This document shows, in pieces, positions 1 through 8,738 of a stretch of 60,861 nt of DNA. Numbering within the stretch: position 1 is the stretch's first letter; the number at the start of each line of letters is the position of its first letter. The DNA lies in assembly GCA_045863395.1 (NCBI GenBank), contig BTVJ01000046.1, positions 1 to 60,861 of the forward strand, written 5' to 3'. The notes under the pieces are model-generated. The model saw only the letters and a program-made list of their open reading frames with translations. It was not told the DNA's origin and ran no database searches. Made by a program: the position numbers and the translations under genes. Origin of the DNA: Myxococcales bacterium (lineage in GTDB: Bacteria; Myxococcota_A; UBA9042; JABWCM01; BTVJ01).

Positions 1-345
1 ACGCGCCACCGCCACCTCCGCCGCCGCACACCTGCGCGTAGTCGCCGCAGCAGTCGCCGTACTGCACACACTCCGCGTCACAGTAGCACCCGCCGGACGC
101 CTGACCGCCGCAGTTGCCCACACACGACGACGCGCCACCGCCACCTCCGCCGCCGCACACCTGCGCGTAGTCGCCGCAGCAGTCCCCGAACTGCGCGCAC
201 TCAGAGTCGCACCAGCAGCCAGCGGCGGCCTGACCGCCACAGGCCCCGGCACAGGAGTCCCCACCGCCGCCCCCACCACAGGCCTGCGCATAGTCGCCGC
301 AGCAGTCGCCATACTGGGCACAGTCGGCATCGCAGTAGCAGGAGC
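1..345. repeat. Intragenic tandem repeats (~129-nt period) encoding somatomedin-B-like domains
   Basis: Positions 1-55 recur at 130-184; a third, diverged copy lies at about 260-340. Confidence 0.8.
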
Positions 346-934
346 CATCGGCCGACGCGCCACCGCACGCTCCGACGCAGGAGCCCCCGCCGCCGCCACC
401 GCCTCCGAAGCAGCCGCTCATCTGCGCGGCGCACTTCTGCTCGGCGCAGGCCTGGAACGCTGCCTGGTCCACGATGGTCCCGCAGTTGAGATCGAGGCAG
501 TCCACGAGGTCCACCAGGAGCTGGTACTCCGCCGCGTCGCTCGGTACGCACCCGTCGATGCAGGCCTGGTCGCCCTCGGCGCAGCCGGCGGCGCAGTCGA
601 AGAAGTCCGCGCAGGTCGCACCGCCCGCTCCGGCGAAGCACGCATCGATCTCGGGCATGCACATCTGGTCGGCACACGCCTGGTACGCCGCCTGGTCGAC
701 CACGTCGCCGCAGTTCAGATCGAGGCAATCGACCAGAGAGCCCAAGAGCTGGAGCTCGGCGGCATCAGCCGGCACGCACCCGTTGATGCAGGCGTCGTCG
801 CCGTCGGCACACCCCTGCGCACACTCGAAGAAGCCACCGCACGAGTCGGTCGGGTTCGCCTGGCCGAGGGCCACGGCCGGAGCCAGGCACGCCAGGGAAG
901 CCAACACGGAGAGCATCGCTCGCCTCATCACCAT
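1..934 (-). CDS. Secreted Cys-rich repeat protein (two ~70-aa six-Cys repeats, then tandem somatomedin-B-like repeats); 3' end runs off the window
   Basis: Read by hand (absent from the ORF track): GGAGGAG RBS, then MVMRRAMLSVLASLACLAPAVALGQ signal peptide, CxxFFxCAxGC..CIxGC repeats, and C..C..GCYCDAECVQYGDCCGDYAQVC units joined by poly-Gly. Confidence 0.8.
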   Translation of the reverse strand, partial: MVMRRAMLSVLASLACLAPAVALGQANPTDSCGGFFECAQGCADGDDACINGCVPADAAELQLLGSLVDCLDLNCGDVVDQAAYQACADQMCMPEIDACFAGAGGATCADFFDCAAGCAEGDQACIDGCVPSDAAEYQLLVDLVDCLDLNCGTIVDQAAFQACAEQKCAAQMSGCFGGGGGGGGSCVGACGGASADGSCYCDADCAQYGDCCGDYAQACGGGGGGDSCAGACGGQAAAGCWCDSECAQFGDCCGDYAQVCGGGGGGGASSCVGNCGGQASGGCYCDAECVQYGDCCGDYAQVCGGGGGGGA

Positions 935-1137
935 CTCCTCCAATCCATGGGCAGCCTGATGGCGCCACCGCGCCACCGCCCGACACGCTGCCGGCCTGCG
1001 CGGTCCACCGCGCTGCCAGCTCCAACGCGACCCAGGGGGCCGCGGCCGGTCACTATACACCTCCGATTCCCGGATTCGAGGGGTGCCCTTCAACTTCTCG
1101 CGCACGCCCGCACGAGGAGCGAAACCGCTCGCGGCGC

Positions 1138-3144
1138 TCACCGTCCCCGTAGCGCAGCGTCGAGGGCCGCAGGCAGCGCGACGCCCGCCCGCACCGCCTC
1201 CATCGCCCAGCGACGCGCCTCGTCCAAGCGCCCCGCCGCCACCTCCACGCCCGCCCGCTGCGCCGCGATCTCTCCGCGCCCGGGGAGGACCTCCCACGCC
1301 GTCACGAGCAGCGACCTGGCCCGCGCGCCCTGCCCCTTCCGCATGGCGTCGTCCGCCAGCCGCAACGTCAGCCGCACGAGGTCGTCCGCCAGCTCGGCAG
1401 GGCCCGGCCGCGCGCGCCACCGGCGGACCATCGTCTCCCACAGGCCGTCCAGGTCCCCGGCGGCGACGAGGTGCGCCCCGCGCCGGTCGAGCACCGCAAC
1501 GTCGCCCGGCGCCAGCTCCAGCGCCCGGTCGTGGGCCGCGCGGGCATCGGCCCGCCGCCCCTGGGCGTCAAGCGCCGCGCCCAGGTTCGCCCAGGCCACC
1601 GCGAGCCCCGGCTCGGCCGCCACCGCCTGCCGGCAGGCGGCCTCCGCCCCCTCCACGCGCCCCGCCCGCAGCCGCATGGCGCACAGGTTGTTCGCAGCCC
1701 GCCCGTCGCGCCCCTGGCGCAGCGCGACGGCCTCCTCCAGCAGGCGCACGGCTCCCTCCAGGTCGCCATCGTCGGCGACGAGCGCCGCCAGGGTCTGCCG
1801 CGCCTCGACCCCGCCGGGGTGGATCTGGAGCGCCCGAGCCAGGTGCGCCCGGGCACCGGGACGCTCCCCCGCGTGGAGCAGCAGCCTCCCCAGGTTGGCC
1901 TCCAACCGCGCAGACCCGGGCCTCGCCTCCAGGCTCCGCTCGAAGAGCGTCCTCTCGTCGATGAACGCGGTCCCCCACTCCACGGACCTCGCCCCCAGCG
2001 CGATGGTCCACGCGACGACGAGCCAGCGCGCCCAGCGCCGTGTGGCGAGCGCCCCTACGGCCAGCGCCAGCCCCGCCAGCGGGAGCGTGAGCAAGCGGTC
2101 CCCGTAGATGACCGTGGACACCACCACCACGCTCGACGCCACCGACCAGGTGACGGCCAGCAGCCCAAGGCCAAGCCCCACCGGACGCCTCCACCACCGG
2201 ATCGCCCCGGCCACGACCGCAATCACTACTACCAGCCCCGCCCAGGCGCTCGGATCTCCCCAGGTGGCCGGGGTGATCACCGCCCAGGTGTAGTCCGCGC
2301 TGAGCCGCAGCGGCAGGACCAGCGACTCCGAGGCCACGGCGACCACCTTCATGGGCGTCAGGAGCCGGTTCGGAATCCCGCCGGCCGCGATGGGGTTGTC
2401 CACGGGCGAGATCGCGCCGCCGAACGGCGAGGCGAGCGCGATCACCCGAGCGACCAGCCAGAGGGCGGTGACCGCGAGCAGCGCCCCGCCTCCCCAGCCG
2501 ACCAGACGAGGCGCCCGCACCTCGCCCCGGGCACGAAGCGCGGCGACCAGCAGCGCCGCCGCAGGGAGGAACGTGATGCCGCTCTCCTTCGACAGCAGGG
2601 CCCCCGCAAAGGCAGCGACCGCCCACGCCACGCTCGACCGGCGCCCCTCGCAGACCTGGGCGACGTGCACGAGCCCCACCAGGAACAGGACCGCGCAGGC
2701 GCCCTCCGTGCGGTTGCCCGCGATGGCGATGGCCTCCGTGGTCGCGGGGTGCACCGCATACACCGCGGCGACGAGCGCCGCCCGGGCACCGACCAGCCGC
2801 CGCGCAAGAGCCAGCAGCGCCAAGGACGCCCCGACATGCAGCGCGAGGTTGATGCTCCGGTACGCGAGCGGCTCCAGCCCGAACACCCCCTCGGTCAGCG
2901 CGAAGCTGAGCGTGACCAGGGGCCGCCAGAGCCCGACGTGCGCATACGCGGCGGAGTCCCCCCAGGTCGGCTGCCCGAAGATCGCCGCCAGGTCCACGGG
3001 CCACCGGGCGCCGCGGGCCGCCACGACGGCCTGGGCGTCGTCGAAGAGGAAGCCCCCAGCCAGCGCGGTGGCGTGGGCCCCCACCGCCAGCAGCGCAACG
3101 ACGACCTGCTGGACCCGGTGGATGCGCTCGTCGGACCACGGCAT
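1138..3144 (-). CDS. TMTC-like membrane glycosyltransferase (GT-C/DUF1736) with C-terminal TPRs
   Basis: GGFLFDD, WRPLVTLSF, LLSKESG, PLRLSADY and YGDRLL motifs, many TM helices, TPR tail; start placed at ATG 3144. Confidence 0.8.
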   Translation of the reverse strand: MPWSDERIHRVQQVVVALLAVGAHATALAGGFLFDDAQAVVAARGARWPVDLAAIFGQPTWGDSAAYAHVGLWRPLVTLSFALTEGVFGLEPLAYRSINLALHVGASLALLALARRLVGARAALVAAVYAVHPATTEAIAIAGNRTEGACAVLFLVGLVHVAQVCEGRRSSVAWAVAAFAGALLSKESGITFLPAAALLVAALRARGEVRAPRLVGWGGGALLAVTALWLVARVIALASPFGGAISPVDNPIAAGGIPNRLLTPMKVVAVASESLVLPLRLSADYTWAVITPATWGDPSAWAGLVVVIAVVAGAIRWWRRPVGLGLGLLAVTWSVASSVVVVSTVIYGDRLLTLPLAGLALAVGALATRRWARWLVVAWTIALGARSVEWGTAFIDERTLFERSLEARPGSARLEANLGRLLLHAGERPGARAHLARALQIHPGGVEARQTLAALVADDGDLEGAVRLLEEAVALRQGRDGRAANNLCAMRLRAGRVEGAEAACRQAVAAEPGLAVAWANLGAALDAQGRRADARAAHDRALELAPGDVAVLDRRGAHLVAAGDLDGLWETMVRRWRARPGPAELADDLVRLTLRLADDAMRKGQGARARSLLVTAWEVLPGRGEIAAQRAGVEVAAGRLDEARRWAMEAVRAGVALPAALDAALRGR

Positions 3145-3212
3145 GGCCGCCACTGTGGCCCGAGCCTCCGACCCCCGTCAATGCCCGCCCCTCCGTGACT
3201 CGTTCGTCCATT

Positions 3213-3241
3213 TTGACGCGCCCCCGTCGGGGCACTAGAGT
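3213..3241 (+). promoter_or_regulatory. Sigma70-type promoter for the tolB-like gene
   Basis: TTGACG-17 nt-TAGAGT. Confidence 0.6.
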
Positions 3242-3276
3242 CGCCGCTCCGGGACCGCCACCCGACAGGAACGACC

Positions 3277-4554
3277 ATGAACAAGACCCTCGCCCTCGCC
3301 ATCATCGCACTGAGCACCACGGCCCACGCCCAGACCGGAGGCGCCCTGCCCGACCTGCCGACCAACTCGGTCCAGGTGGTGATCGGCCCCGCGCAGAAGG
3401 AGCCGGACCCCATCGCCATCCCGGACCCGCTGTGTGAAGGGGCCGGCGAGGTGTGCGCCATGGTCGGGGAGGTGCTGCGCAACGACATGATGCTCTCGGG
3501 CTTCTTCAACATCCTGAAGCCCAAGACCTTCATCGCGGACCCCGGCGAGCCCCTGGAGGCGCCCAAGTTCCCCGACTGGTTCAACGTGGGCGCCAAGTAC
3601 CTTGTCAAGGCCGAGGTCCGGGGCAGCGGCCCCTACAACCTCAAGTTCCGGTTCTTCAACGTCTACGACAAGACCATGGTGTCGGTCTCGCCGAGCACCT
3701 TCTCGGGGGTGCCACGGGGCGAGGTCCGGGCCAAGGTCCACGAGTTCGCCAACGCGCTGATCCTCGCGCTGACGGGCGTACCCGGGGTCTTCGGCACGAA
3801 GATCTGCTACTCGGCCAAGACCGGGGACTGGTCCCGGAGCCTCTTCGTCATGGACATGGACGGCCACGGCGCGGGCGCCGTCGTCTCCAACGAGCGGAGC
3901 AACATGTTCCCGAGCTTCGCGGGCGGGGGCCTCATCTATACCTCGATGGGCGACGGCGAGGACCCCCAGGTCTACATCGGCAAGAAGCAGCTCTCGAAGG
4001 GGAACGGCAAGTTCCGCAAGGCGGACATGGGCCCGGGCGGCCAGATCGCCGTCAGCGTCGACACGGGGGGCGGCTCCGACATCTGGCTGATGGACTCGGG
4101 CGGCAACCTGATCAGGAACCTGACCAACGGCGACGGCGACAACGTGTCACCGTCCTGGTCCCCGGACGGCGGCCAGATCGCCTTCGTGTCCAACCGCGCC
4201 GGCGGCCCCCAGATCTACGTGATGAACGCCGACGGCAGCGGCCAGCGCCGCGTCACCATGGCCGGCGCCTACAACACGACTCCCGACTTCGGGCCCGAGG
4301 GTCTCATCGTCTTCGCCGGCATGGATGACGCGACAAGCGACATCTTCACCGTGGACCAGTCCGGCAGTATCCGCCGCATCACGCAAGACCAGGGCTTCAA
4401 CAAGGACCCCACGTGGTCGCCCGACGGCCGGTACATTGCCTTCGTCAGCAGCAGAGATGGCGGCCGCATCTTCCTCTCGACGGCCGACGGCCGCTACCAG
4501 TTCCCCGTCAGCCAGAAGCCGTGCGGGTGCGCGACCCCATCATGGGCCGACTGA
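3277..4554 (+). CDS. tolB: Tol-Pal beta-propeller protein TolB
   Basis: Signal peptide, TolB N-domain (PIAIPD, LRNDMMLSGFF, VHEFAN, GVFGTKI), PD40 repeats (PSWSPDGGQIAFVSNRAG). Confidence 0.85.
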   Translation: MNKTLALAIIALSTTAHAQTGGALPDLPTNSVQVVIGPAQKEPDPIAIPDPLCEGAGEVCAMVGEVLRNDMMLSGFFNILKPKTFIADPGEPLEAPKFPDWFNVGAKYLVKAEVRGSGPYNLKFRFFNVYDKTMVSVSPSTFSGVPRGEVRAKVHEFANALILALTGVPGVFGTKICYSAKTGDWSRSLFVMDMDGHGAGAVVSNERSNMFPSFAGGGLIYTSMGDGEDPQVYIGKKQLSKGNGKFRKADMGPGGQIAVSVDTGGGSDIWLMDSGGNLIRNLTNGDGDNVSPSWSPDGGQIAFVSNRAGGPQIYVMNADGSGQRRVTMAGAYNTTPDFGPEGLIVFAGMDDATSDIFTVDQSGSIRRITQDQGFNKDPTWSPDGRYIAFVSSRDGGRIFLSTADGRYQFPVSQKPCGCATPSWAD

Positions 4555-4561
4555 CCCCACG

Positions 4562-4590
4562 TTGACCCCCTGCGCGCCCTCCCGTATCTT
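4562..4590 (+). promoter_or_regulatory. Sigma70-type promoter
   Basis: TTGACC-17 nt-TATCTT upstream of the PEGA gene. Confidence 0.55.
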
Positions 4591-4630
4591 CGACGGGTGC
4601 TCCGGTGATCCACCCGCGGGAGAGTGAAGG

Positions 4631-5326
4631 ATGCCCCGTCGCTTCGTCGCCAGCCTCGTCACGGTGACCTTCGTCTGCGCCCTCGTGCCGGCGCTCGCGG
4701 CCCCCAAGCCCCCCGCGTCCGGCTTCATCGTCGTCTACTCGACCACCGTGGGCGCCGACATCCTGGTCGATGGGCAGAAGGTCGCGACCGTGCCCTATGA
4801 GGAGCCCATCCCCGTGGCTCCGGGCAAGCACACGGTCGTGCTGACCAAGCGCGGCTTCTCGCGCTTCGAGCTCCAGCTCGAGGTCAAGAAGGGCAAGTCC
4901 ATGGAGGTCGAGGCGGACCTCATCGCCAGCGACGGCATCCTGCGGGTGCTGACCACCAACGTCGAGGGGGCCGCCGTCCAGGTGAACAAGAACGTCATCG
5001 GCAAGACCCCCTTCGATGGCCTGGTGCCCGCGGGGCAGCACATGCTGCGCGTGAGCAAGGAGGGCTACCGGGACTCCGTCCGCAAGCTCGACGTGCTCGC
5101 CGGCGAGCCCATCGACCTGGTGTTCGAGCTGGAGAAGCTCGCCCCCGTCCAGGTCGCCACGACGGAGCCGATCGTCTCCTCGGGCCCCGAGTTCTATGAG
5201 ACCTGGTGGTTCTGGACGATCACGGGCGTCGTGGTCGCGGGCGCCGCCGTCGGGGCGGGCATCGCGCTCGCGCCCGCCGAGCAGGTCACCGCCCCGTCCG
5301 ACCACGTCATCCGCTTCGGGAACTGA
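4631..5326 (+). CDS. PEGA-domain protein with C-terminal membrane anchor
   Basis: Signal peptide, two PEGA repeats (GADILVDG..PGKH..KRGF; GAAVQVN..GKTP..AGQH..KEGY), FYETWWFW plus hydrophobic tail. Confidence 0.85.
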   Translation: MPRRFVASLVTVTFVCALVPALAAPKPPASGFIVVYSTTVGADILVDGQKVATVPYEEPIPVAPGKHTVVLTKRGFSRFELQLEVKKGKSMEVEADLIASDGILRVLTTNVEGAAVQVNKNVIGKTPFDGLVPAGQHMLRVSKEGYRDSVRKLDVLAGEPIDLVFELEKLAPVQVATTEPIVSSGPEFYETWWFWTITGVVVAGAAVGAGIALAPAEQVTAPSDHVIRFGN

Positions 5327-6306
5327 TGCGCGCGCTGTTCGTGCTGGGCTGGCTCCGAGCCCAGCGCGCGGATGGCACCACCGGGCGCCTGATCGCGGCC
5401 TTCGAGGAGCGCGGCCACCAGGTCGCCGTCGCCGACTGGCTCGACCTGGAGGCCGACGATCAGGCCCGCGTCCACGCTCGAGTGGAGACCGGCCCTTCGC
5501 CTCTCGTCGATGCAGTGACCCAGGGGCGCGCTCACCGCGCCACGGCCGCGCTCGACGCCTTCGATCTGGTGGTGCTGCGGGTCAACCCGGCAGACCGCTA
5601 CGCCACGTGGACGGAGCGAATCCCGAGCCCCCTCGCGCCCTTCGCCCGGCTGCTCGCGGGCCCGCCCCTCGTCAACGACCCGGCAGGCGCCGAGCGCGTC
5701 GCCCACCCGACGTGGATGCTCGGCGTACCCGCCCACCTTCGCCCCCGCATGGTCGTATCGCGCGATCTTGCTCGAATCCGCGCGTTCCTTGGCGCTCTCG
5801 GCTCACCTGCCGTCCTCAAACCCGCGTCAGGCTACGGAGGCGACGGCGTCCTCTTCGTGGACTCTCCGATGGCGCCGAATCTGCCCGCCATGGTGGGGAT
5901 GCTCGCGCGGACGGGATGGGTGATCGCCCAGGAGCGCATCGACGCGGCGCTCACCGACGGCGACAAGCGCGTCCTGCTGTGGCGCGGTCGCCCCTTCATG
6001 GTCAGGCCCGGCCAGCCCTCGGTCTACCTGCGCCGGCGGGCCGAGGGGGACCTGCGGAACAACCTCTCGGCGGGCGGCACCCGCGAGGCCTGCGGACTGG
6101 ACGCGGGCGACCTGGCGGTCATCGACGCGGTCGGGCCGCGCCTCGTGGCCGAGGGCGTGCTCCTGGCCGGCCTGGACCTGGCCGGGGGGCGCCTCATCGA
6201 GGTCAACGCCTGGTGCCCGGGCGGACTCGAGAGCCTCGCTCTCGTCTACGGGGTGGACCCCTCGGCCCGCATCGTCGAGGATCTGGAGACCCACCCGCTG
6301 CGGTGA
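5326..6306 (+). CDS. Glutathione-synthetase (GshB)-family ATP-grasp ligase, divergent
   Basis: TGATG overlap with the PEGA gene; LRVNP, VNDP, VLKPASGYGG, QERI, GDKRVLL, RNNLSAGG, GLD..IEVN..PGG motifs. Confidence 0.75.
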   Translation: MRALFVLGWLRAQRADGTTGRLIAAFEERGHQVAVADWLDLEADDQARVHARVETGPSPLVDAVTQGRAHRATAALDAFDLVVLRVNPADRYATWTERIPSPLAPFARLLAGPPLVNDPAGAERVAHPTWMLGVPAHLRPRMVVSRDLARIRAFLGALGSPAVLKPASGYGGDGVLFVDSPMAPNLPAMVGMLARTGWVIAQERIDAALTDGDKRVLLWRGRPFMVRPGQPSVYLRRRAEGDLRNNLSAGGTREACGLDAGDLAVIDAVGPRLVAEGVLLAGLDLAGGRLIEVNAWCPGGLESLALVYGVDPSARIVEDLETHPLR

Positions 6307-6423
6307 CGAGACGCCCCGATCTCTCGCCGCGACACCTGAAAACCGTCGTGGCGCCCAGGCAGCGCGTGGGTTAGAGTAGGCCCGTCGCCATTTCCGTGGA
6401 CGCGGGTCTCCCCGAGGGCTCCG

Positions 6424-8730
6424 ATGATGTCAGACCAGACCGCGGGCGCCGCCGACGCCCCGAAGAAGTCCAGGACAATCACGGAGATCCGTCGCAGGCG
6501 CCTCGGCTCCCGGGTCGAGCCCCAGGCCCAGCCCAAGCCCGATCGCTCGGCGGAGGAGCGGCGCGCCAACGAGCAGCTCATCGCACTCAAGCTCGACACC
6601 CTGCGCGGGCGCATCGCGCTGACGGAGCACCTCCAGGGCGGCAAGGGCAACGACGCGGCCACCCGCATGCTGGAGAACCTCACCGCGCTGCACCTGGCTG
6701 CCCGCAGGAAGGTGGAGGAGGCCCGCGAGGCGCACCTCCGCCTGCACCTGCCTGCCATCGTCGAGCGCTTCCAGCTCACGCAGCAGGAGGAGGCCGTCCT
6801 CGTCCTGGCGCTGGCGCCCTACCTCGACCCCGAGATCCCCGCCCAGCTCCGCAAGCTCGCCGACGCCTGGCTCCTCGACCGGTGCACGGTGGGGCTGGCC
6901 CTGCGGATCCTCGCGCAGACCAGCGAGGAGCGGCTCCAGATGCGGGCGCTCTTCGACGACACGGCCACCCTACGCCGGGAGGGGCTGCTCGACACGCTCG
7001 CGCCGCCCGGGCAGCCCGACGCCCCCTTGCTGGAGCGGCTCCTGACGGTCCCGACGCGCATCGTGGACCACGTGCTCGGGCGGGTGAGCATCGACGAGCA
7101 GGTGCGGCCCTTCTGCGCGCTGACGCATCCGTCCGTGGAGCTCCACGAGGTGGTGCTGCCGAAAGAGCGGCTGCGGGAGGTCATGGATCTGGTCCAGCAC
7201 CACGACCTCTACCGCTCGGCGCTGGAGACCTACGGCTTCGACAACGTGATGCCCTACGGCAAGGGCATCGTGCTCCTGCTGGCCGGGGAGCCGGGGACGG
7301 GCAAGACCCTGCTGGCAAACGCCCTGGCCAACGAGCTGGGCCGCCCGCTGCTGCGCGTACACAGCGACCGGCTGGCGGAGAACCAGGAGGGCGTCGAGCC
7401 CATCGTGGCCGCCCTCTTCCGTGAAGCGGACCTGCACCACGCGGTGGTCCTCTTCGACGACTGCGAGTCCCTCTTCCGGGAGCGGGGGAGCCGCCTGTCG
7501 GCGCTGCTCGGTGCGCTGGAGCAGTCCCGCGGCATCATCGTGCTGACCACCAACCTGCCGCAGGTCATGGACTTCGCCCTGGAGCGGCGCATCGTCTACC
7601 GCTTCGACTTCGACATCCCGACGCCGGAGTACCGCGAGCAGCTCTGGGAGTGCCACCTGCCGCCGGACGCCCCCCTGTCGCCGGACGTGGACATCCCGAC
7701 GCTGGCCAACGAGTTCCGCTTCTCGGGCGGCACCATCAAGAACGCGGTGGTCGTGGCGCTCAACAAGGCGCTCAACCGCAACCCGCGCGACCCGGTCATC
7801 GACATGGCGCTGCTCCGGGAGGCGGCGGCCACCCAGCTCCGCTACTCGCTCGACGAGTTCTCGGTCAAGTCCAACATCAACCTGACCCTGGACGACCTGG
7901 TGCTCCCCGAGGACGAGATGACCCAGGTGCGCGAGCTGCTGGCAGCCGCACGGAACCGCGAGTACGTGATGAACCGGTGGGGCTTCGGGCGCAAGCTGGT
8001 CACCGGCAAGGGCCTGGTCTCCCTCTTCGACGGCCCCCCTGGCACGGGCAAGACGCTGACGGCGGAGATCCTGGCCACGGAGCTGTCAAAGAGCCTGTTC
8101 CGGGTCAGCATCCCGCGCATCGTCAGCAAGTACGTCGGTGAGACCGAGAAGCACATCGAGGAGCTGTTCGCGCGGGCGCGGGCGTCGCACGCCATGCTGC
8201 TCTTCGACGAGGCCGACGCCCTGTTCTCGCGGCGCACGTCGGACACCAAGTCCTCGACGGATCGCTACGCCAACATGGAGGTCAACCTCCTGTTGCAGGA
8301 GATCGAGCGCTTCGAGGGCATCGTCGTGCTGACGACCAACCTGTTCGGGGCCCTGGACGAGGCGCTGATCCGGCGCATCCAGTTCCGCATCAGCTTCCCC
8401 TTCCCCGACGCGGACGAGCGGCTGCGCATCTGGCGCACGCTCCTGCCCCCCGAGGCGCCGCTCGCGCCCGACGTGTCGCTGGAGCTGATCGCCGACGACT
8501 ACGAGCTTGCGGGCGGCAACATCAAGAACGCCCTGCTACGGGCCGCCTACCGCGCCTGCGAGCTGGGCACCCCGCTGGACTCGGAGCGCCTCGAGGAGGC
8601 GTGCGAGCGGGAGTGCCGGGCCATGGGCAAGGTGTTCCGCACGCGCAACTTCCCGATCACCGCCCCGCCCGTTGCACCGTTGAACCCGACGAATCCGACG
8701 AGCCCGGCGACAGCAGCCGGGGACGAGTGA
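6424..8730 (+). CDS. Double-domain AAA+ ATPase (eCIS Afp15/Pvc15-like)
   Basis: Walker A GEPGTGKT and GPPGTGKT; Walker B VLFDDCE and LLFDEAD; SKYVGETEK, DRYANMEVNLLLQEIE, GGNIKNA; N-terminal ERFQLTQQEEAVLVLALAP. Confidence 0.85.
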   Translation: MMSDQTAGAADAPKKSRTITEIRRRRLGSRVEPQAQPKPDRSAEERRANEQLIALKLDTLRGRIALTEHLQGGKGNDAATRMLENLTALHLAARRKVEEAREAHLRLHLPAIVERFQLTQQEEAVLVLALAPYLDPEIPAQLRKLADAWLLDRCTVGLALRILAQTSEERLQMRALFDDTATLRREGLLDTLAPPGQPDAPLLERLLTVPTRIVDHVLGRVSIDEQVRPFCALTHPSVELHEVVLPKERLREVMDLVQHHDLYRSALETYGFDNVMPYGKGIVLLLAGEPGTGKTLLANALANELGRPLLRVHSDRLAENQEGVEPIVAALFREADLHHAVVLFDDCESLFRERGSRLSALLGALEQSRGIIVLTTNLPQVMDFALERRIVYRFDFDIPTPEYREQLWECHLPPDAPLSPDVDIPTLANEFRFSGGTIKNAVVVALNKALNRNPRDPVIDMALLREAAATQLRYSLDEFSVKSNINLTLDDLVLPEDEMTQVRELLAAARNREYVMNRWGFGRKLVTGKGLVSLFDGPPGTGKTLTAEILATELSKSLFRVSIPRIVSKYVGETEKHIEELFARARASHAMLLFDEADALFSRRTSDTKSSTDRYANMEVNLLLQEIERFEGIVVLTTNLFGALDEALIRRIQFRISFPFPDADERLRIWRTLLPPEAPLAPDVSLELIADDYELAGGNIKNALLRAAYRACELGTPLDSERLEEACERECRAMGKVFRTRNFPITAPPVAPLNPTNPTSPATAAGDE

Positions 8731-8738
8731 GGTCCACC

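Noticed and set aside
1..345. Direct repeats as a CRISPR array (also the repeats at 28420-28620 and 52968-53027)
   Set aside because: The repeats are in-frame coding repeats without unique spacers, and there are no cas genes.
6349..6364. Possible sigma54 site upstream of the first ATPase (TGGCGCCCAGGCAGCG)
   Set aside because: Only the GG-N10-GC spacing matches and it lacks TTGC, so it is likely chance at this GC content.
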